DNA of 64,000 bases from Macrostomum hystrix (GCA_950097015.1 CATNEN010000025.1:5952001-6016000); one strand, 5' to 3'. Shown: positions 48,045-62,054, counted from the first letter of the stretch. Program-made: numbers and translations. Notes: generated by a model not told the origin, from the letters alone.

Positions 48045-49260
48045 TGAAGATGGAGATGAATGCGGGTGAGATTGTAGGGATGAGATGGAAATAGATGCGG
48101 GTGAGATTGTAGGGATGAGATGGAAATAGATGCGGGTGAGATTGTAGTGATGAGATTGAGATAGATGCGGGTGAGATTGTAGGGATGAGATGGAAATAGA
48201 TGCGGGTGAGATTGTAGTGATGAGATTGAGATAGATGCGGGTGAGGTTGTAGGGATGAGATGGAAATAGATGTGAGTGAGTTTGTAGGGATGAGATGGAG
48301 ATGGATGCGGGTGAGATTGTAGGGATGAGATGGAGATGGATGCGGGTGAGATTGTAGGGATGAGATGGAGATGGATGCGGGTGAGATTGTAGGGATGAGA
48401 TGGAGATGGATGCGGGTGAGATTGTAGGGATGAGATGGAGATGGATGCGGGTGAGATTGTAGGGATGAGATGGAGATGGATGTGGGTGAGATTGTTGGGA
48501 TGAGATGGAGATGGATGCGGGTGAGATTGTAGGGATGAGATGGAGATGAATGCGGGTGAGATTGTAGGGATGAGATGGAAATAGATGCGGGTGAGATTGT
48601 AGTGATGAGATTGAGATAGATGCGGGTGAGGTTGTAGGGATGAGATGGAAATAGATGTGAGTGAGTTTGTAGGGATGAGATTGAGATGGATGCGGGTGAG
48701 ATTGTAGGGATGAGATTGAGATGGATGCGGGTGAGATTGTAGGGATGAGATGGAGATGGATGCGGGTGAGATTGTAGGGATGATATGGAGATGGATGCGG
48801 GTGAGATTGTAGGGATGAGATGGAGATGGATGCGGGTGAGATTGTAGGGATGAGATGGAGATGGATGCGGGTGAGATTGTAGGGATAAGATGAAGATGAA
48901 TGCGGGTGAGATTGTAGGGATGAGATGGAGATGGATGCGGGTGAGATTGTTGGGATGAGATGAAGATGAATGCGGGTGAGATTGTAGGGATGAGATGGAG
49001 ATGGATGCGGGTGAGATTGTAGGGATGAGATGGAGATGGATGCGGGTGAGATTGTAGGGATGAGATGGAGATGGATGCGGGTGAGATTGTAGGGATGAGA
49101 TGGAGATGGATGCGGGTGAGATTGTAGGGATGAGATGGAGATGGATGTGGGTGAGATTGTAGGGATGAGATGGAGATGGATGCGGGTGAGATTGTTGGGA
49201 TGAGATGGAGATGGATGCGGGTGGATTGTTGGGATGAGATTGATATAGATGCGGGTGAGG
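48045..49260 (-). repeat. 35-bp minisatellite C (inverted relative to A)
   Basis: Reads TGTAGGGATGAGATGGAGATGGATGCGGGTGAGAT on the + strand, the exact reverse complement of unit A. Confidence 0.95.
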
Positions 49261-50449
49261 TTAGATGTGTGAGATGGAGATCAGCCGATTGACCTGAGGA
49301 TCTGGGAAACTCAGCTGATTGACCTGAGGATCTGGGAAACTCAGCTGATTGACCTGAGAATCTGGGATATGAAGATTGTGGTTGCAAAATAAATAATTTC
49401 GGGAGTAAGAATCAGAAACAGCTAAGATTTTGCTCAATCTAGCCAAGGTTTGCGTTTAGCAAAGATTCACCTCAGCATGTTCTGATCCAGTTTGCGCTTA
49501 TTTTAGCGCGGGATAAAAAATCCTGAAATCCCCAAATGGGAAATCAGTAGACTCTTCTTAATGGCATTGCGCTGACGAGTTGACAGCTGCATTGGGGATA
49601 GTCAGTGGGGGACCTGAACGCTTCGTGATAAAAACTGGAACTGACTGACTTAGGCAGCGCTAGCAGGAGCTGCAGCTGCAGCCACTTAGTCCACCTAGCA
49701 GCTAAATAGCCCCAGATATGTGCACTGACCAGGCCTGATTGCAATCAACGCTTGTGTCCTGCGATCGTAAATCACAATGGCCCACCTAGGGCCTCTCCCA
49801 GAGCATCACCCGGAGCTGACACTTTAGCTTCTTGTCAATCAGTCTGCGTGGCGGAGAGACTGCCCCACTGCGATCCAGATATACGGGAGACATTGTGGCC
49901 GAAGGGGGAATTTTCGGGATCTTAGCGAGGGGATCCAGTTGAGTGCTGTCCCCTTAGTAGCGCAGACACTTTCTCCGACCCTCAACGGTTTGAGTAGGGG
50001 GTTGGGGGGCACTTTGCATTGCAAATTGACTCGCCGAATTTCATGTTCCATAATTTTAAGGGAGTATATTTCATAGGGAAGGGATAAAACTCCTAATTTA
50101 ACGGGATGGACTTGGCGGCGCGGGGACACTGAGTAGAACTACTTCACTATAGTCTGGACTCTGGCGAGGCAGAAGTTCACAAGGGGACCAAGTCGGTATA
50201 TTGGGAATGAATTAGTAACTTAACTTGGGCTAAGCGAGCTTCAGGCTGATCCTTGGATGAGAAGCTCATATCGGAAAGAGAGATCTGCGGATAGGCCAGA
50301 GTTTCTGAAAATTTGGACCATCGACTGTCTCTATATGAACAAGATCTGTTGGAGAATTGCCGTTATCAATAATGGGATCTCTTTGGGATAATTCTAGGGA
50401 TGTCACGACTACGATCTTATGTGTGCAGCGATACCCATGCCATGGTTAT

Positions 50450-51290
50450 GAATCTCATGAATGGGATCTTATGGGAATATTGCAGGGGATCTCGGGAATG
50501 GGATCTTATGGGAATATGGCTTGGGATCTCGGGAATGGGATCTTATGGGAATATGGCTTGGGATCTCGGGAATGGGATCTTATGGGAATATGGCTTGGGA
50601 TCTCGGGAATGAGATCTTATGGGAATATGGCTGGGGATCTCATGAATGGGATCTTATGGGAATATGCAGGGGATCTCGGGAATGGGATCTAATGGGAATA
50701 GGCAGGGGATCTCGGGAGTGGGAACTTATTGGAATATGGCTTGGGATCTCGGGAATGGGATCTTATGGGAATAGGCAGGGGATCTCGGGAGTGGGAACTT
50801 ATTGGAATATGGCTTGGGATCTCGGGAATGGGATCTTATGGGAATAGGCAGGGGATCTCGGGAGTGGGAACTTATTGGAATATGACTAGGGATCTCGGGA
50901 ATGGGATCTTATGGGAATATGGCTTCGGATCTCGGGAATAGGATCTTATGGGAATATGGCTTGGGATCTCGGGAATGGGATCTAATGGGAATATGGCTTG
51001 GGATCTCGGGAATGGGATCTTATGGGAATATGGCTTGGGATCTCGGGAATGGGATCTTATGGGAATATGGCTTGGGATCTCGGGAATGGGATCTTATGGG
51101 AATATGGCTTGGGATCTCGGGAATGGGATCTTATGGAAGTATGGCAATAAGAATCTCGAAAATGGGATCTAATGGGAATATGGCTTGGGATCTCGGGAAC
51201 GGGATCTTATGGGAATATGGGAATATTCCCATATTCTTATGGGAATAGGCTGGGTCGATCACGGGAATGGGATCTTATGGGAATATGCTG
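50450..51290. repeat. 37-bp minisatellite (GGGAATGGGATCTTATGGGAATATGGCTTGGGATCTC)
   Basis: Visible array with recurring GGG runs. Confidence 0.93.
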
Positions 51291-51564
51291 GGTTATTATT
51301 ATTTCGAAATAATTATACTAGTTGGACTTGAATTTTTTCGTGAAAAATCTGACTAATTAATTATTTAGAAATGAATCGTTTGCCTTTTACGAGTACAGTG
51401 ACGTCAATAAATTGCGAAATACTAAATTCATAAAAAATAATCTGAGGATTAAATGTAGCTCGGCAGATCCTATCTGATGACACTATGATAGGCTGATTAT
51501 TCTGGCCTTAGCCTTGAAGGAATAATTAATTAAATTTCGAGAAGCAGATAATTTGCCATGAAAA

Positions 51565-54500
51565 AGTGACAGGCCCCAAATATTCTGTAGTGACAGGCCC
51601 TGAATACTCTGCAGTGACAGGCCCTGAATAGTCTGCAGTGACAGGCCCTGAATATTCTGTAGTGACAGACCCTGAATAGTCTGCAGTGACAGGCCCTGAA
51701 TATTCTGTAGTGACAGACCCTGAATAGTCTGCAGTGACAGGCCCTGAATATTCTGTAGTGACAGGCCCTGAATATTCTGCAGTGACAGGCCCTGAATATT
51801 CTGCAGTGACAGGCCCTGAATATTCAGCAGTGACAGGCCCTGAATATTCTGTAGTGACAGGCCCTGAATATTCTGTAGTGACAGACCCTGAATATTCTGT
51901 AGTGACAGGCCCCGAATATTCTGTAGTGACAGGCCCTGAATATTCTGCAGTGACAGGCCCTGAATATTCTGCAGTGACAGGCCCTGAATATTCTGTAGTG
52001 ACAGGCCCTGAATACTCTGCAGTGACAGGCCCTGAATATTCTACAGTGACAGGCCCTGAATATTCTACAGTGACAGACCCTGAATACTCTGTAGTGACAG
52101 GCCCTGAATATTCTACAGTGACAGGCCCTGAATATTCTACAGTGACAGGCCCTGAATATTCTGCAGTGACAGGCCCTGAATAGTCTGCAGTGACAGGCTC
52201 TGAATATTCTACAGTGACAGGCCCTGAATAGTCTGCAGTGACAGGCCCTGAATAGTCTGCAGTGACAGGCCCTGAATATTCTGTAGTGACAGGCCCTGAA
52301 TACTCTGCAGTGACAGGCCCTGAATATTCTGTAGTGACAGGCCCTGAATATTCTGCAGTGACAGGCCCTGAATATTCTGTAGTGACAGGCCCTGAATATT
52401 CTACAGTGACAGGCCCTGAATATTCTACAGTGACAGGCCCTGAATATTCTGTAGTGACAGGCCCTGAATAGTCTGCAGTGACAGGCCCTGAATAGTCTGC
52501 AGTGACAGGCCCTGAATATTCTGTAGTGACAGGCCCTGAATATTCTGCAGTGACAGGCCCTGAATACTCTGCAGTGACAGGCCCTGAATATTCTGTAGTG
52601 ACACCCTGAATACTCTGCAGTGACAGGCCCTGAATAGTCTGCAGTGACAGGCCCTGAATATTCTGTAGTGACAGACCCTGAATAGTCTGCAGTGACAGGC
52701 CCTGAATATTCTGTAGTGACAGACCCTGAATAGTCTGCAGTGACAGGCCCTGAATATTCTGTAGTGACAGACCCTGAATAGTCTGCAGTGACAGGCCCTG
52801 AATATTCTGTAGTGACAGGCCCTGAATAGTCTGCAGTGACAGGCCCTGAATATTCTGTAGTGACAGACCCTGAATATTCTGCAGTGACAGGCCCTGAATA
52901 TTCTGTAGTGACAGGCCCTGAATATTCTGTAGTGACAGGCCCTGAATATTCTGTAGTGACAGGCCCTGAATATTCTGCAGTGACAGGCCCTGAATATTCT
53001 GCAGTGACAGGCCCTGAATATTCAGCAGTGACAGGCCCTGAATATTCTGTAGTGACAGGCCCTGAATATTCTGTAGTGACAGACCCTGAATATTCTGTAG
53101 TGACAGGCCCCGAATATTCTGTAGTGACAGGCCCTGAATATTCTGCAGTGACAGGCCCTGAATATTCTGCAGTGACAGGCCCTGAATATTCTGTAGTGAC
53201 AGGCCCTGAATACTCTGCAGTGACAGGCCCTGAATATTCTACAGTGACAGGCCCTGAATATTCTACAGTGACAGACCCTGAATACTCTGTAGTGACAGGC
53301 CCTGAATATTCTACAGTGACAGGCCCTGAATATTCTACAGTGACAGGCCCTGAATATTCTGCAGTGACAGGCCCTGAATAGTCTGCAGTGACAGGCTCTG
53401 AATATTCTACAGTGACAGGCCCTGAATAGTCTGCAGTGACAGGCCCTGAATAGTCTGCAGTGACAGGCCCTGAATATTCTGTAGTGACAGGCCCTGAATA
53501 CTCTGCAGTGACAGGCCCTGAATATTCTGTAGTGACAGGCCCTGAATATTCTGCAGTGACAGGCCCTGAATATTCTGTAGTGACAGGCCCTGAATATTCT
53601 ACAGTGACAGGCCCTGAATATTCTACAGTGACAGGCCCTGAATATTCTGTAGTGACAGGCCCTGAATAGTCTGCAGTGACAGGCCCTGAATAGTCTGCAG
53701 TGACAGGCCCTGAATATTCTGTAGTGACAGGCCCTGAATATTCTGCAGTGACAGGCCCTGAATACTCTGCAGTGACAGGCCCTGAATATTCTGTAGTGAC
53801 ACCCTGAATATTCTGTAGTGACAGGCCCTGAATATTCTACAGTGACAGGCCCTGAATATTCTGCAGTGACAGGCCCTGAATATTCAGCAGTGACAGGCCC
53901 TGAATATTCTGTAGTGACAGGCCCTGAATACTCTGCAATGACAGGCCCTGAATATTCTGTAGTGACAGTCCCTGAATACTCTGCAGTGACAGGCCCTGAA
54001 TATTCTGTAGTAACAGGCCCTGAATATTCTGCAGTGACAGGCCCTGAATATTCTGTAGTGACAGGCCCTGAATATTCTGCAGTGACAGGCCCTGAATATT
54101 CTGCAGTGACAGGCCCTGAATAGTCTGTAGTGACAGGCCCCGAATATTCTGTAGTGACAGGCCCTGAATATTCTGTAGTGACAGGCCCTGAATATTCTAC
54201 AGTGACAGGCCCTGAATATTCTACAGTGACAGGCCCTGAATATTCTGTAGTGACAGGCCCTGAATAATCTGCAGTGACAGGCCCTGAATATTCTGCAGTG
54301 ACAGGCCCTGAATATTCTGTAGTGACAGGCCCTGAATAGTCTGCAGTGACAGGCCCTGAATAGTCTGCAGTGACAGGCCCTGAATATTCTGTAGTGACAG
54401 GCCCTGAATAGTCTGCAGTGACAGGCCCTGAATATTCTGCAGTGACAGGCCCTGAATATTCTGCAGTGACAGGCCCTGAATATTCTGTAGTGACAGGCCC

Positions 54501-55300
54501 TGAATACTCTGCAGTGACAGGCCCTGAATATTCTGTAGTGACAGGCCCTGAATATTCTGCAGTGACAGGCCCTGAATATTCTGCAGTGACAGGCCCTGAA
54601 TATTCTGTAGTGACATGCCCTGAATATTCTGTAGTGACAGGCCCTGAATATTCTGTAGTGACAGGCCCTGAATATTCTACAGTGACAGGCCCTGAATATT
54701 CTACAGTGACAGGCCCTGAATATTCTGTAGTGACAGGCCCTGAATAGTCTGCAGTGACAGGCCCTGAATAGTCTGCAGTGACAGGCTCTGAATATTCTAC
54801 AGTGACAGGCCCTGAATAGTCTGCAGTGACAGGCCCTGAATAGTCTGCAGTGACAGGCCCTGAATATTCTGTAGTGACAGGCCCTGAATAGTCTGCAGTG
54901 ACAGGCTCTGAATATTCTACAGTGACAGGCCCTGAATAGTCTGCAGTGACAGGCCCTGAATAGTCTGCAGTGACAGGCCCTGAATATTCTGTAGTGACAG
55001 GCCCTGAATAGTCTGCAGTGACAGGCCCTGAATAGTCTGCAGTGACAGGCCCTGAATATTCTGCAGTGACAGGCCCTGAATAGTCTGCAGTGACAGGCCC
55101 TGAATAGTCTGCAGTGACAGGCTCTGAATATTCTACAGTGACAGGCCCTGAATAGTCTGCAGTGACAGGCCCTGAATACTCTGCAGTGACAGGCCCTGAA
55201 TAGTCTGCAGTGACAGGCCCTGAATACTCTGCAGTGACAGGCCCTGAATACTCTGCAGTGACAGGCCCTGAATAGTCTGCAGTGACAGGCCCTGAATATT
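51565..55300. repeat. 24-bp minisatellite (GTGACAGGCCCTGAATATTCTGTA) with a 1198-bp higher-order duplication
   Basis: About 155 copies. ORF pairs are offset by 1198 bp (52262/53460), and the same 2-bp deletion occurs near 52601 and 53799. Confidence 0.97.
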
Positions 55301-56402
55301 CCCTGTATTGATAGACTGTAAAATGTTGTTTTTTCAAGGACAGGAGTTACTGAATTCAAAACAATAGTTTATGTTGAGGAAAAAAAGAAAAAAACGCCGT
55401 AAATGTCAAGCCAATTAGAAGCAATGTCTTTTAATCCAAACAAACTGCTTAGGCGCAAACACCAGGACACGCGTGGGATAACGATAGAGAGTTTAAGAAG
55501 AGAGAGGAAATAGCTTTTCTATTCCATTTATTTCAATCGTTGAATGGCTAGTATATTTCGCAGTAATTCAATACCAAGTACAAAACGATACTCAGGTAGG
55601 CAAAATAGAAAACATTATATTATGATTTCTTAAAGGCTTATTTTTATTAGCGCATTGCATACTTGCTATGCCTATTTAAACGGCTAATATCAAAGAAAAA
55701 GTTCTATAAAAAGCAAAAGATGAAGATAATTTTTATGAATCAAATTTAAGTAAAAAAAACTAAAACTATAAAAAGCGAAGAGCAAACAAATAAAGAAAGT
55801 CAGTTATTTCTAATAATTTGACAAAAAATGCTCGCCATTTTTATTTATTTATCTGTTGTTTTTCAATAAGCTACAAAATGTTTGAATTTGCGCCAAATCA
55901 ATTTCTGAGAAAGCATTTCTAGTTATAATTATATTATTTTTTTAGCTAAAACAAAAGCAAAAGGACAAAAACACAAATAGCAGTGAAGGTCGCTGTTACA
56001 ATTTTCTCAGATAAAAACAAAAGTCTAATATATTTTTTACTTTACTTAACGCATCTTGACCTTATGTAAGTAGATAAACAAACAAAAGACCATTCCAAGA
56101 AACATAACGGGGCATAGACAAGTCATAGTAGAAGAAAGTGCAACAACGATTTAAAAAGGGAAGACGGAATAGGCGGAGAGAAAAAACGAGGATGCAAAAT
56201 AAAAAACGGGACCAATCCTATTTTATGATAATTAAATATGAGTCAAATTGTTTATATGCTAACAACAACATGCTTAAATTTCAAAACTATTGCGAGAGAG
56301 AGAGAAACATGAAAAAAAAGTTGATGAACAAATAAACCATGAATTAGTTAAGATTGACCCGAGTTTTTATTTTAGTTCATTTAGCTAACTAGATAAAGCG
56401 AT

Positions 56403-59400
56403 TCAATTGTCCGACTTCTTACTAGAATCTTCCTGGGCCTCCTTAGTAGGCCCGGACTTCTGCTGCTGTTCAATGAATTCGTTCAGAATGTCGCGCACAT
56501 TTGCCCACGACTTCTCCGGCACTGTCACAGCCGTGCGAAAGTCGGCGCGAACCTCGGAGATACGCAGAAATGTACCACGGCGATTGGCGCCGACGTCGAA
56601 GTAGAAGATCTTGTTATTAACTCGCAGCGACTTTGGCGCCGGCAGCTGTTCAACTCCCTCTGTGTAGGCGGAAAATAATGACATTTGCGCATTTTAAGCT
56701 AACAATTTTTTTTTATTTCTACTATAAGTAGGCAGTGATGAAACTGCTTAAATTACTGCTATAAAAGTGCATTTTCCAGAAATCGTACGTCGTACGGGAT
56801 AATTTTATTCAGATGGAGTGTTTCTTAGAAAGTTTTCGAAGGCGATTCTTGAAAAGAGCTCGAGGGAGAGTTTTAGTAATGGTTCGAGAGCAATACTTAG
56901 TAAGGAATCGATATTGATTCTTAGAAAATGCATGACATTGCTTCATGGAAAGGTTCGAGAGCAATTCTAAGAAAATTTGTGACATTGCTTCTTTGAATGG
57001 GCTCGAGAGCGATTCTAATAATGTATGACATTGCTTCTTGGAAAGGCTAGAGAGCGATTCTTAGAAAATGTACGAAATTCTTCCTTCTTGGAAAAGTTCG
57101 AGAGCAATTCTAAGAAAATGAATGACATTGCGTTTTGGAAAGGTTCGAGGGCGATTCTTAGAAAATGTATGACATTCTGGAAAGGTTCGAGAGTGATTCT
57201 TAGCAAGGGTTCCAGACCGGTTCTTGGAAATGTTTCGAGATCGAATCTAAGAAATAGTTAAATGGCACTTCATAGAAAATATTAGATGGCGATTCTTAGA
57301 AAGGGATAGATGGTGATTCTTAGAAAGGGATTGATGGCGATTCTTAGAAAGAGTTAGATGGCGATTCTTAGAAAGGGATAGATGGCGATTCTTAAAAAAG
57401 GATAGATGTCGATTCTTAGAAAAGAATAGATGGCGATTCTTAGAAAGAGTTAGATGGCGATTCTTAGAAAGGGATAGATGGCGATTCTTAAAAAAGGATA
57501 GATGGCGATTCTTAGAAAGAGTTAGATGGCGATTCTTAGAAAGGGATAGATGGCGATTCTTAAAAAAGGATAGATCGCGATTCTTAGAAAGAGTTAGATG
57601 GCGATTCTTAGAAAGGGATAGATGGCGATTCTTAAAAAAGGATAGATGGCGATTCTTAGAAAAAGATAGATGGCGATTCTTAGAAAGAGTTAGATGGCGA
57701 TTCTTAGAAAGGGATAGATGGCGATTCTTAAAAAAGGATAGATCGCGATTCTTAGAAAATGATAGATGGCGATTCTTAGAAAAGGATAGATGGCGATTCT
57801 TAGAAGTTCTTATAAGGCGATTTTTTACTTAAATTGGACGTTTGGCAATTAAGTTGGAGTGGTTGGAATACTATTCCTGGAAAGGGGTTGGTGGCGATTT
57901 CTAGGAAAGAGTAGGGCCTTGTTTCTTAGAATGGGTGTTAATGTGACCCATTCTAAATAAATAAAAAAGTCTAGTTTCAAGGGGTCAAGTACTTCAAGTG
58001 AATGCTAGTACGAGTAGACAAACTCTATTTTTTATTTTAAAATATGAAATTCGCAGAATTTCTAGACTAGAATACACAATTTAGACAGTAAAGTTACACA
58101 GAAGTGTACAAAAATAATGCAAAAATGCCACTCAATTAACAAAATAAACTAACAATATCATGGCAATTACAAAGCCGGACAATAATTTTCAAAGCGCACA
58201 GCAAGCTGTTGAAGATAAATTGTTTCTTTCAACATCCGGAAACGGCAGTCCGCGCCCGTGCGCCCTAGCCCTGGCGTTGTCCTCCATTTTGAGTCGGACG
58301 ATGGCATTATCAAGGCGACGAATTTCAGTCACCAACTGTTGCCTCCTGTCTGCTTCTCCTCTGTCCATAACGTAGAGCGCCTGTTCTTTTGTGCGCAATT
58401 CTTCTTCTAGTTCAGCAACGCGAAGCATATTCTGCGCCATTGCTTTGATTGTTTGAGAAAATTATTTTTTTCTCTCGGCTTCTTTGTTAAACGGGAAAAT
58501 GTGCCTCTTTTTTGGTTGCTTTGAGAATTAGTTAGCTAATGTCTTGTTCTCCTGAAAGTTTTATTATTCTTTACGAATGGAACACTGGCTAGATCTGTAC
58601 GAGCTCAGGCAAACATAATAGGGAGAGAGAGTCACTGTACACCAACTTTGCTTGAAATGACACCCCAGCCACCGGGTCAAAGGCACTACACTCTTTCTCC
58701 TTCTTGTCTATCTAGCTGTACAGTTGGCAGCAGCATTAGCAGCGTGTTTCGCATTTATTAAACTAAACTAGATTGTCATGGCAACTAGTCTTAGTGGTGC
58801 GCCCTATAGGTGGGACAGAATAGGTGGGTAATGAATTAGTTAAAACAGGACTAGAGTAGCAAGCAGAGTACGTATTAAGCAGTGCGAGAGTGTACATGAG
58901 TACGTTACATTCAACTCAAAGGTAAATCATTAGATTATTTTACAGTACAAACAAGCTATTAGATTATACTAACTTTTCTACGCTATATTGTTAGACTATA
59001 AGGAGAATCAAGTGCTATGTGCACATTTAACACTAACCATAGTACTGTAAGTAAGTGGTTAAGTAAACACCAGTTCGCAGCGACATGTACTTCGCACAAC
59101 TTAATTAAACCAATACTGAGCAGCTGTCGTGCTTTGCCTCGGAACTGCTCAAACGATTTAAGAGTAAATCTGATCTGACAAATTTGATGCATTGTGGAAT
59201 CGTAAATTTGATAATCCGAAACAAACGAAAACAAAATAAACGAAAAACAAATCTTCATTATATTACAACTCAATATGGGATCTGGATGTTTCTTAGGCTC
59301 AAAATGGGGTTACGGATAATTCTTAGACTCAAAATGGGGATCTGGATGATTCTTAGACTCAAAATGGGATCTGGATGATTCTTAGACTCAAAATGGGGTT

Positions 59401-61421
59401 ATGGATAATTCTTAGACTCAAATGGGGTTATGGATAATTCTTAGACTCAAATGGGATCTGGATGATTCTTAGACTCGAAATGGGATCTGGATGTTTCTTA
59501 GGCTCAAAATGGGGTTACGGATAATTCTTAGACTCAAAATGGGGATCTGGATGATTCTTAGACTCAAAATGGGATCTGGATGATTCTTAGACTCAAAATG
59601 GGGTTATGGATAATTCTTAGACTCAAATGGGGTTATGGATAATTCTTAGACTCAAATGGGGTTATGGATAATTCTTAGACTCAAATGGGGATCTCGATGA
59701 TTCTTAGACTCAAAATGGGGATCTGGATGATTCTTAGACTCGAAATGGGGTTATGGATAATTCTTAGACTCAAATGGGGTTATGGATAATTCTTAGACTC
59801 AAATGGGGTTATGGATAATTCTTAGACTCAAAATGGGGTTATGGATAATTCTTAGACTCAAATGGGGTTATGGATAATTCTTAGACTCAAAATGGGGTTA
59901 TGGATAATTCTTAGACTCAAAATGGGGTTATGGATAATTCTTAGACTCAAATGGGGATCTGGATGATTCTTAGACTCAAAATGGGGATCTGGATGATTCT
60001 TAGGCTCAAAATGGGGTTATGGATAATTCTTAGACTCAAAATGGGGATCTGGATAATTCCTAGACTCAAATTGAGGATCTGGATGATTCTTAGGCTCAAA
60101 ATGGGGTTATGGATAATTCTTAGACTCAAAATGGGGATCTGGATGATTCTTAGACTCAGTTTTGGGATTTGGATGATTCTTAGATTCAAAATGGGGATCT
60201 GGATAATTCCTGAAATCAAAAAGAAACCCACCGGCCATGTCGTCGGTGCCGCACTCCTCAATGAGCTCGGTGAGCTTGTCCTTCAATTCGGACATGCCCT
60301 CGGCTGGCATAGCAATCTGGTTGCGTATTCCAGACGGTGTCACCTGTTGGGCTACGCGCAGAAATTTGCCGCGTCTATTTTCTTTCAGATCCAGGTAGTA
60401 GCGACGATTGTCTCTGCCGGGTAAGGATTTTAGGAAATTAAATAAACCAGTTTATCTTGTTTAATCTAAATTCATGAAATATAAATTTCAATTAAATATT
60501 CATAAAAGTATTTTTAATGGAACTTTTTTAAATACTAATATACTTTTCAACATTGTTATATAAAGAAAATCTATTTTTTAAATCGGTACCTCACGAAAAA
60601 AGTGTCTACTACAAGTAATATGCATGGTTTTGCGTATTTTGTATTTGGTATCTGTATCTAAAATACCAAGCCATTATTACCAATTCACCCCCCCTAATAT
60701 TTTTTGGCAGCGCCTGTTTGCTAACAGCGTTGGGTGGTGAGTGATTGGTTGACAGGGTGTCCTGTGGTTGAGCTGCGCCTAATATTTGGGCTTGATCAAT
60801 GAAATTTGAAAAGGGCCAATTGTAGCCCTTGAAGGTCCAGCAGTCCGTCTAGACAAATGTAAGTGACCACAGAAGTCGGAGATGATGTAGGCACATGCGG
60901 GTGACATGCTGAGAAATTTGATTCCCCATCAATTCAGCTTCTTTGGGTGTAAATTTGCGGCGGCCCAATACCACTGCATTGAATACACAGCGATCGGATT
61001 TTTCCCTAGTAAAAATTTATGCAGCTAAGAGAATCTAATCTAAATTACCCTACTTAAAGTAGCATGCGTCGTTTTTTTGACGTTTTCATGATTATCCTCA
61101 CCTGGACATGGTCTCAGACCTGTACCGCGGCCCCTGGCTGTGATCACCGCTGGCATCGCCGGCCTCCAATTGTTTATAGAATTTGACCAATTCGGCCAGT
61201 TTATCGCGAAACTCCACTGTTGAGCTCATGCTCATTAGGACGCGACTCTTCTGACCGCTGGCTCCGACTTCGGCTATTTTTAGAAATCTACCGCGCTTAT
61301 TCTGCTTCACATCGAGATAGAAGCGCTTTGATTGGACCTGCACAGTGCGCGACGCAATCTCCTCTTCATTGTTGTCGGCTCCCTGCTGCTGCTGTCTGTT
61401 GTAAGCCGTCTGTGTCGCCAT
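56403..61421 (-). CDS. PURA: Pur-alpha (PUR repeat nucleic-acid-binding protein); exons 61421-61102, 60413-60232, 56659-56403
   Basis: Three PUR repeats: [41 protein letters not shown] and [22 protein letters not shown]. Phases (2, 1) match. An upstream in-frame ATG at 61457 is an alternative start. Confidence 0.96.
57290..57810. repeat. 24-bp minisatellite (GATGGCGATTCTTAGAAAGGGATA), PURA intron 2
   Basis: Visible array with diverged related units at 56830-57250. Confidence 0.92.
58189..58440 (-). CDS. Small coiled-coil ORF nested in PURA intron 2 (unknown)
   Basis: ATG-initiated 83 aa with heptad-like [17 protein letters not shown]...[18 protein letters not shown]. Higher GC than its flanks and non-repetitive. 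I recognise no homology. Confidence 0.4.
   Translation of the reverse strand: MAQNMLRVAELEEELRTKEQALYVMDRGEADRRQQLVTEIRRLDNAIVRLKMEDNARARAHGRGLPFPDVERNNLSSTACCAL
59275..60210. repeat. 29/30-bp minisatellite (GGGGATCTGGATGATTCTTAGACTCAAAAT), PURA intron 2
   Basis: Visible array. Confidence 0.95.
60690..60990 (-). mobile_element. Second copy of the transposon remnant at 1-480 (PURA intron 1)
   Basis: Shares blocks with 1-240. A minus frame reads [31 protein letters not shown], resembling the DDE_Tnp_4 C-terminal QFT.EE...IHVER...IL segment. Confidence 0.45.
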
Positions 61422-61656
61422 GTAAGTGGAGCTCACTTGACCTGCCGAACCCTGCATAAAAATTGTAAAAGGTATGGCTCTCTATGGTAATACTTGTTTC
61501 AATCACTGTTCTACCATATGTAATGTCACTGTTATTCATTAATTTATTACATATGTTTCTATTATATTCTATCCTAGATTGTTAGAATATTGTATTTGTT
61601 GGCTGTCCCGTCAAGTGCTGTCAAATTGTAAAATATAGCATAACTTTGCTAACAAA

Positions 61657-62054
61657 CAGTGGTGCAACCAGGTTTTGCCTTGGGGGCGGTCTTTGCGTAC
61701 ATTGCCCCGCAGGTCGAAGGGGGCGGCCGCCAGGGCCCAGGTGGAGCGCGCTCCGTTTCGCGGTTTTCAGGCATCATTCCTGGGCCAATTTCAAGGGCCA
61801 GTAGGGTAGGGCCCAGATGATTTAAAAGGTTTAACAAATCAGAACGCACACACTATTATAATGAAAGCTTGAAAATTAATATATGACCAATGGTCTTGGA
61901 CTTGGTCTTTGGTCCATGTATGTTGGACTTGGGGGACAGGGAATGAGATAAGGTAATAAATTAAGAAGCGTCTTGGCTTGCCTTTTGTGTACATTGCCCC
62001 CCACAGGCCGATGGGGGGGCGGCCACCACCCCCACCCCCTGGTTGCGCTAACTG
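61657..62054. mobile_element. Possible hAT-like MITE (CAGT..GCAACCAGG termini)
   Basis: Left end CAGTGGTGCAACCAGG; reverse complement of the right end is CAGTTAGCGCAACCAGG. There is an internal duplicated GC-rich motif (tacattgcccc...ggggggcggcc). No TSD seen. Confidence 0.35.

Noticed and set aside
49839-50129. 96-aa ORF upstream of the GABA receptor
   Set aside because: It has a non-ATG start, no recognisable domain and stop-interrupted flanks, so it cannot be supported.
53022-55359. 771-aa and 491-aa ORFs (EYSGPVTA / RACHCRIF repeats)
   Set aside because: They are 24-bp satellite read-throughs, and the same array has frequent stops in other frames.
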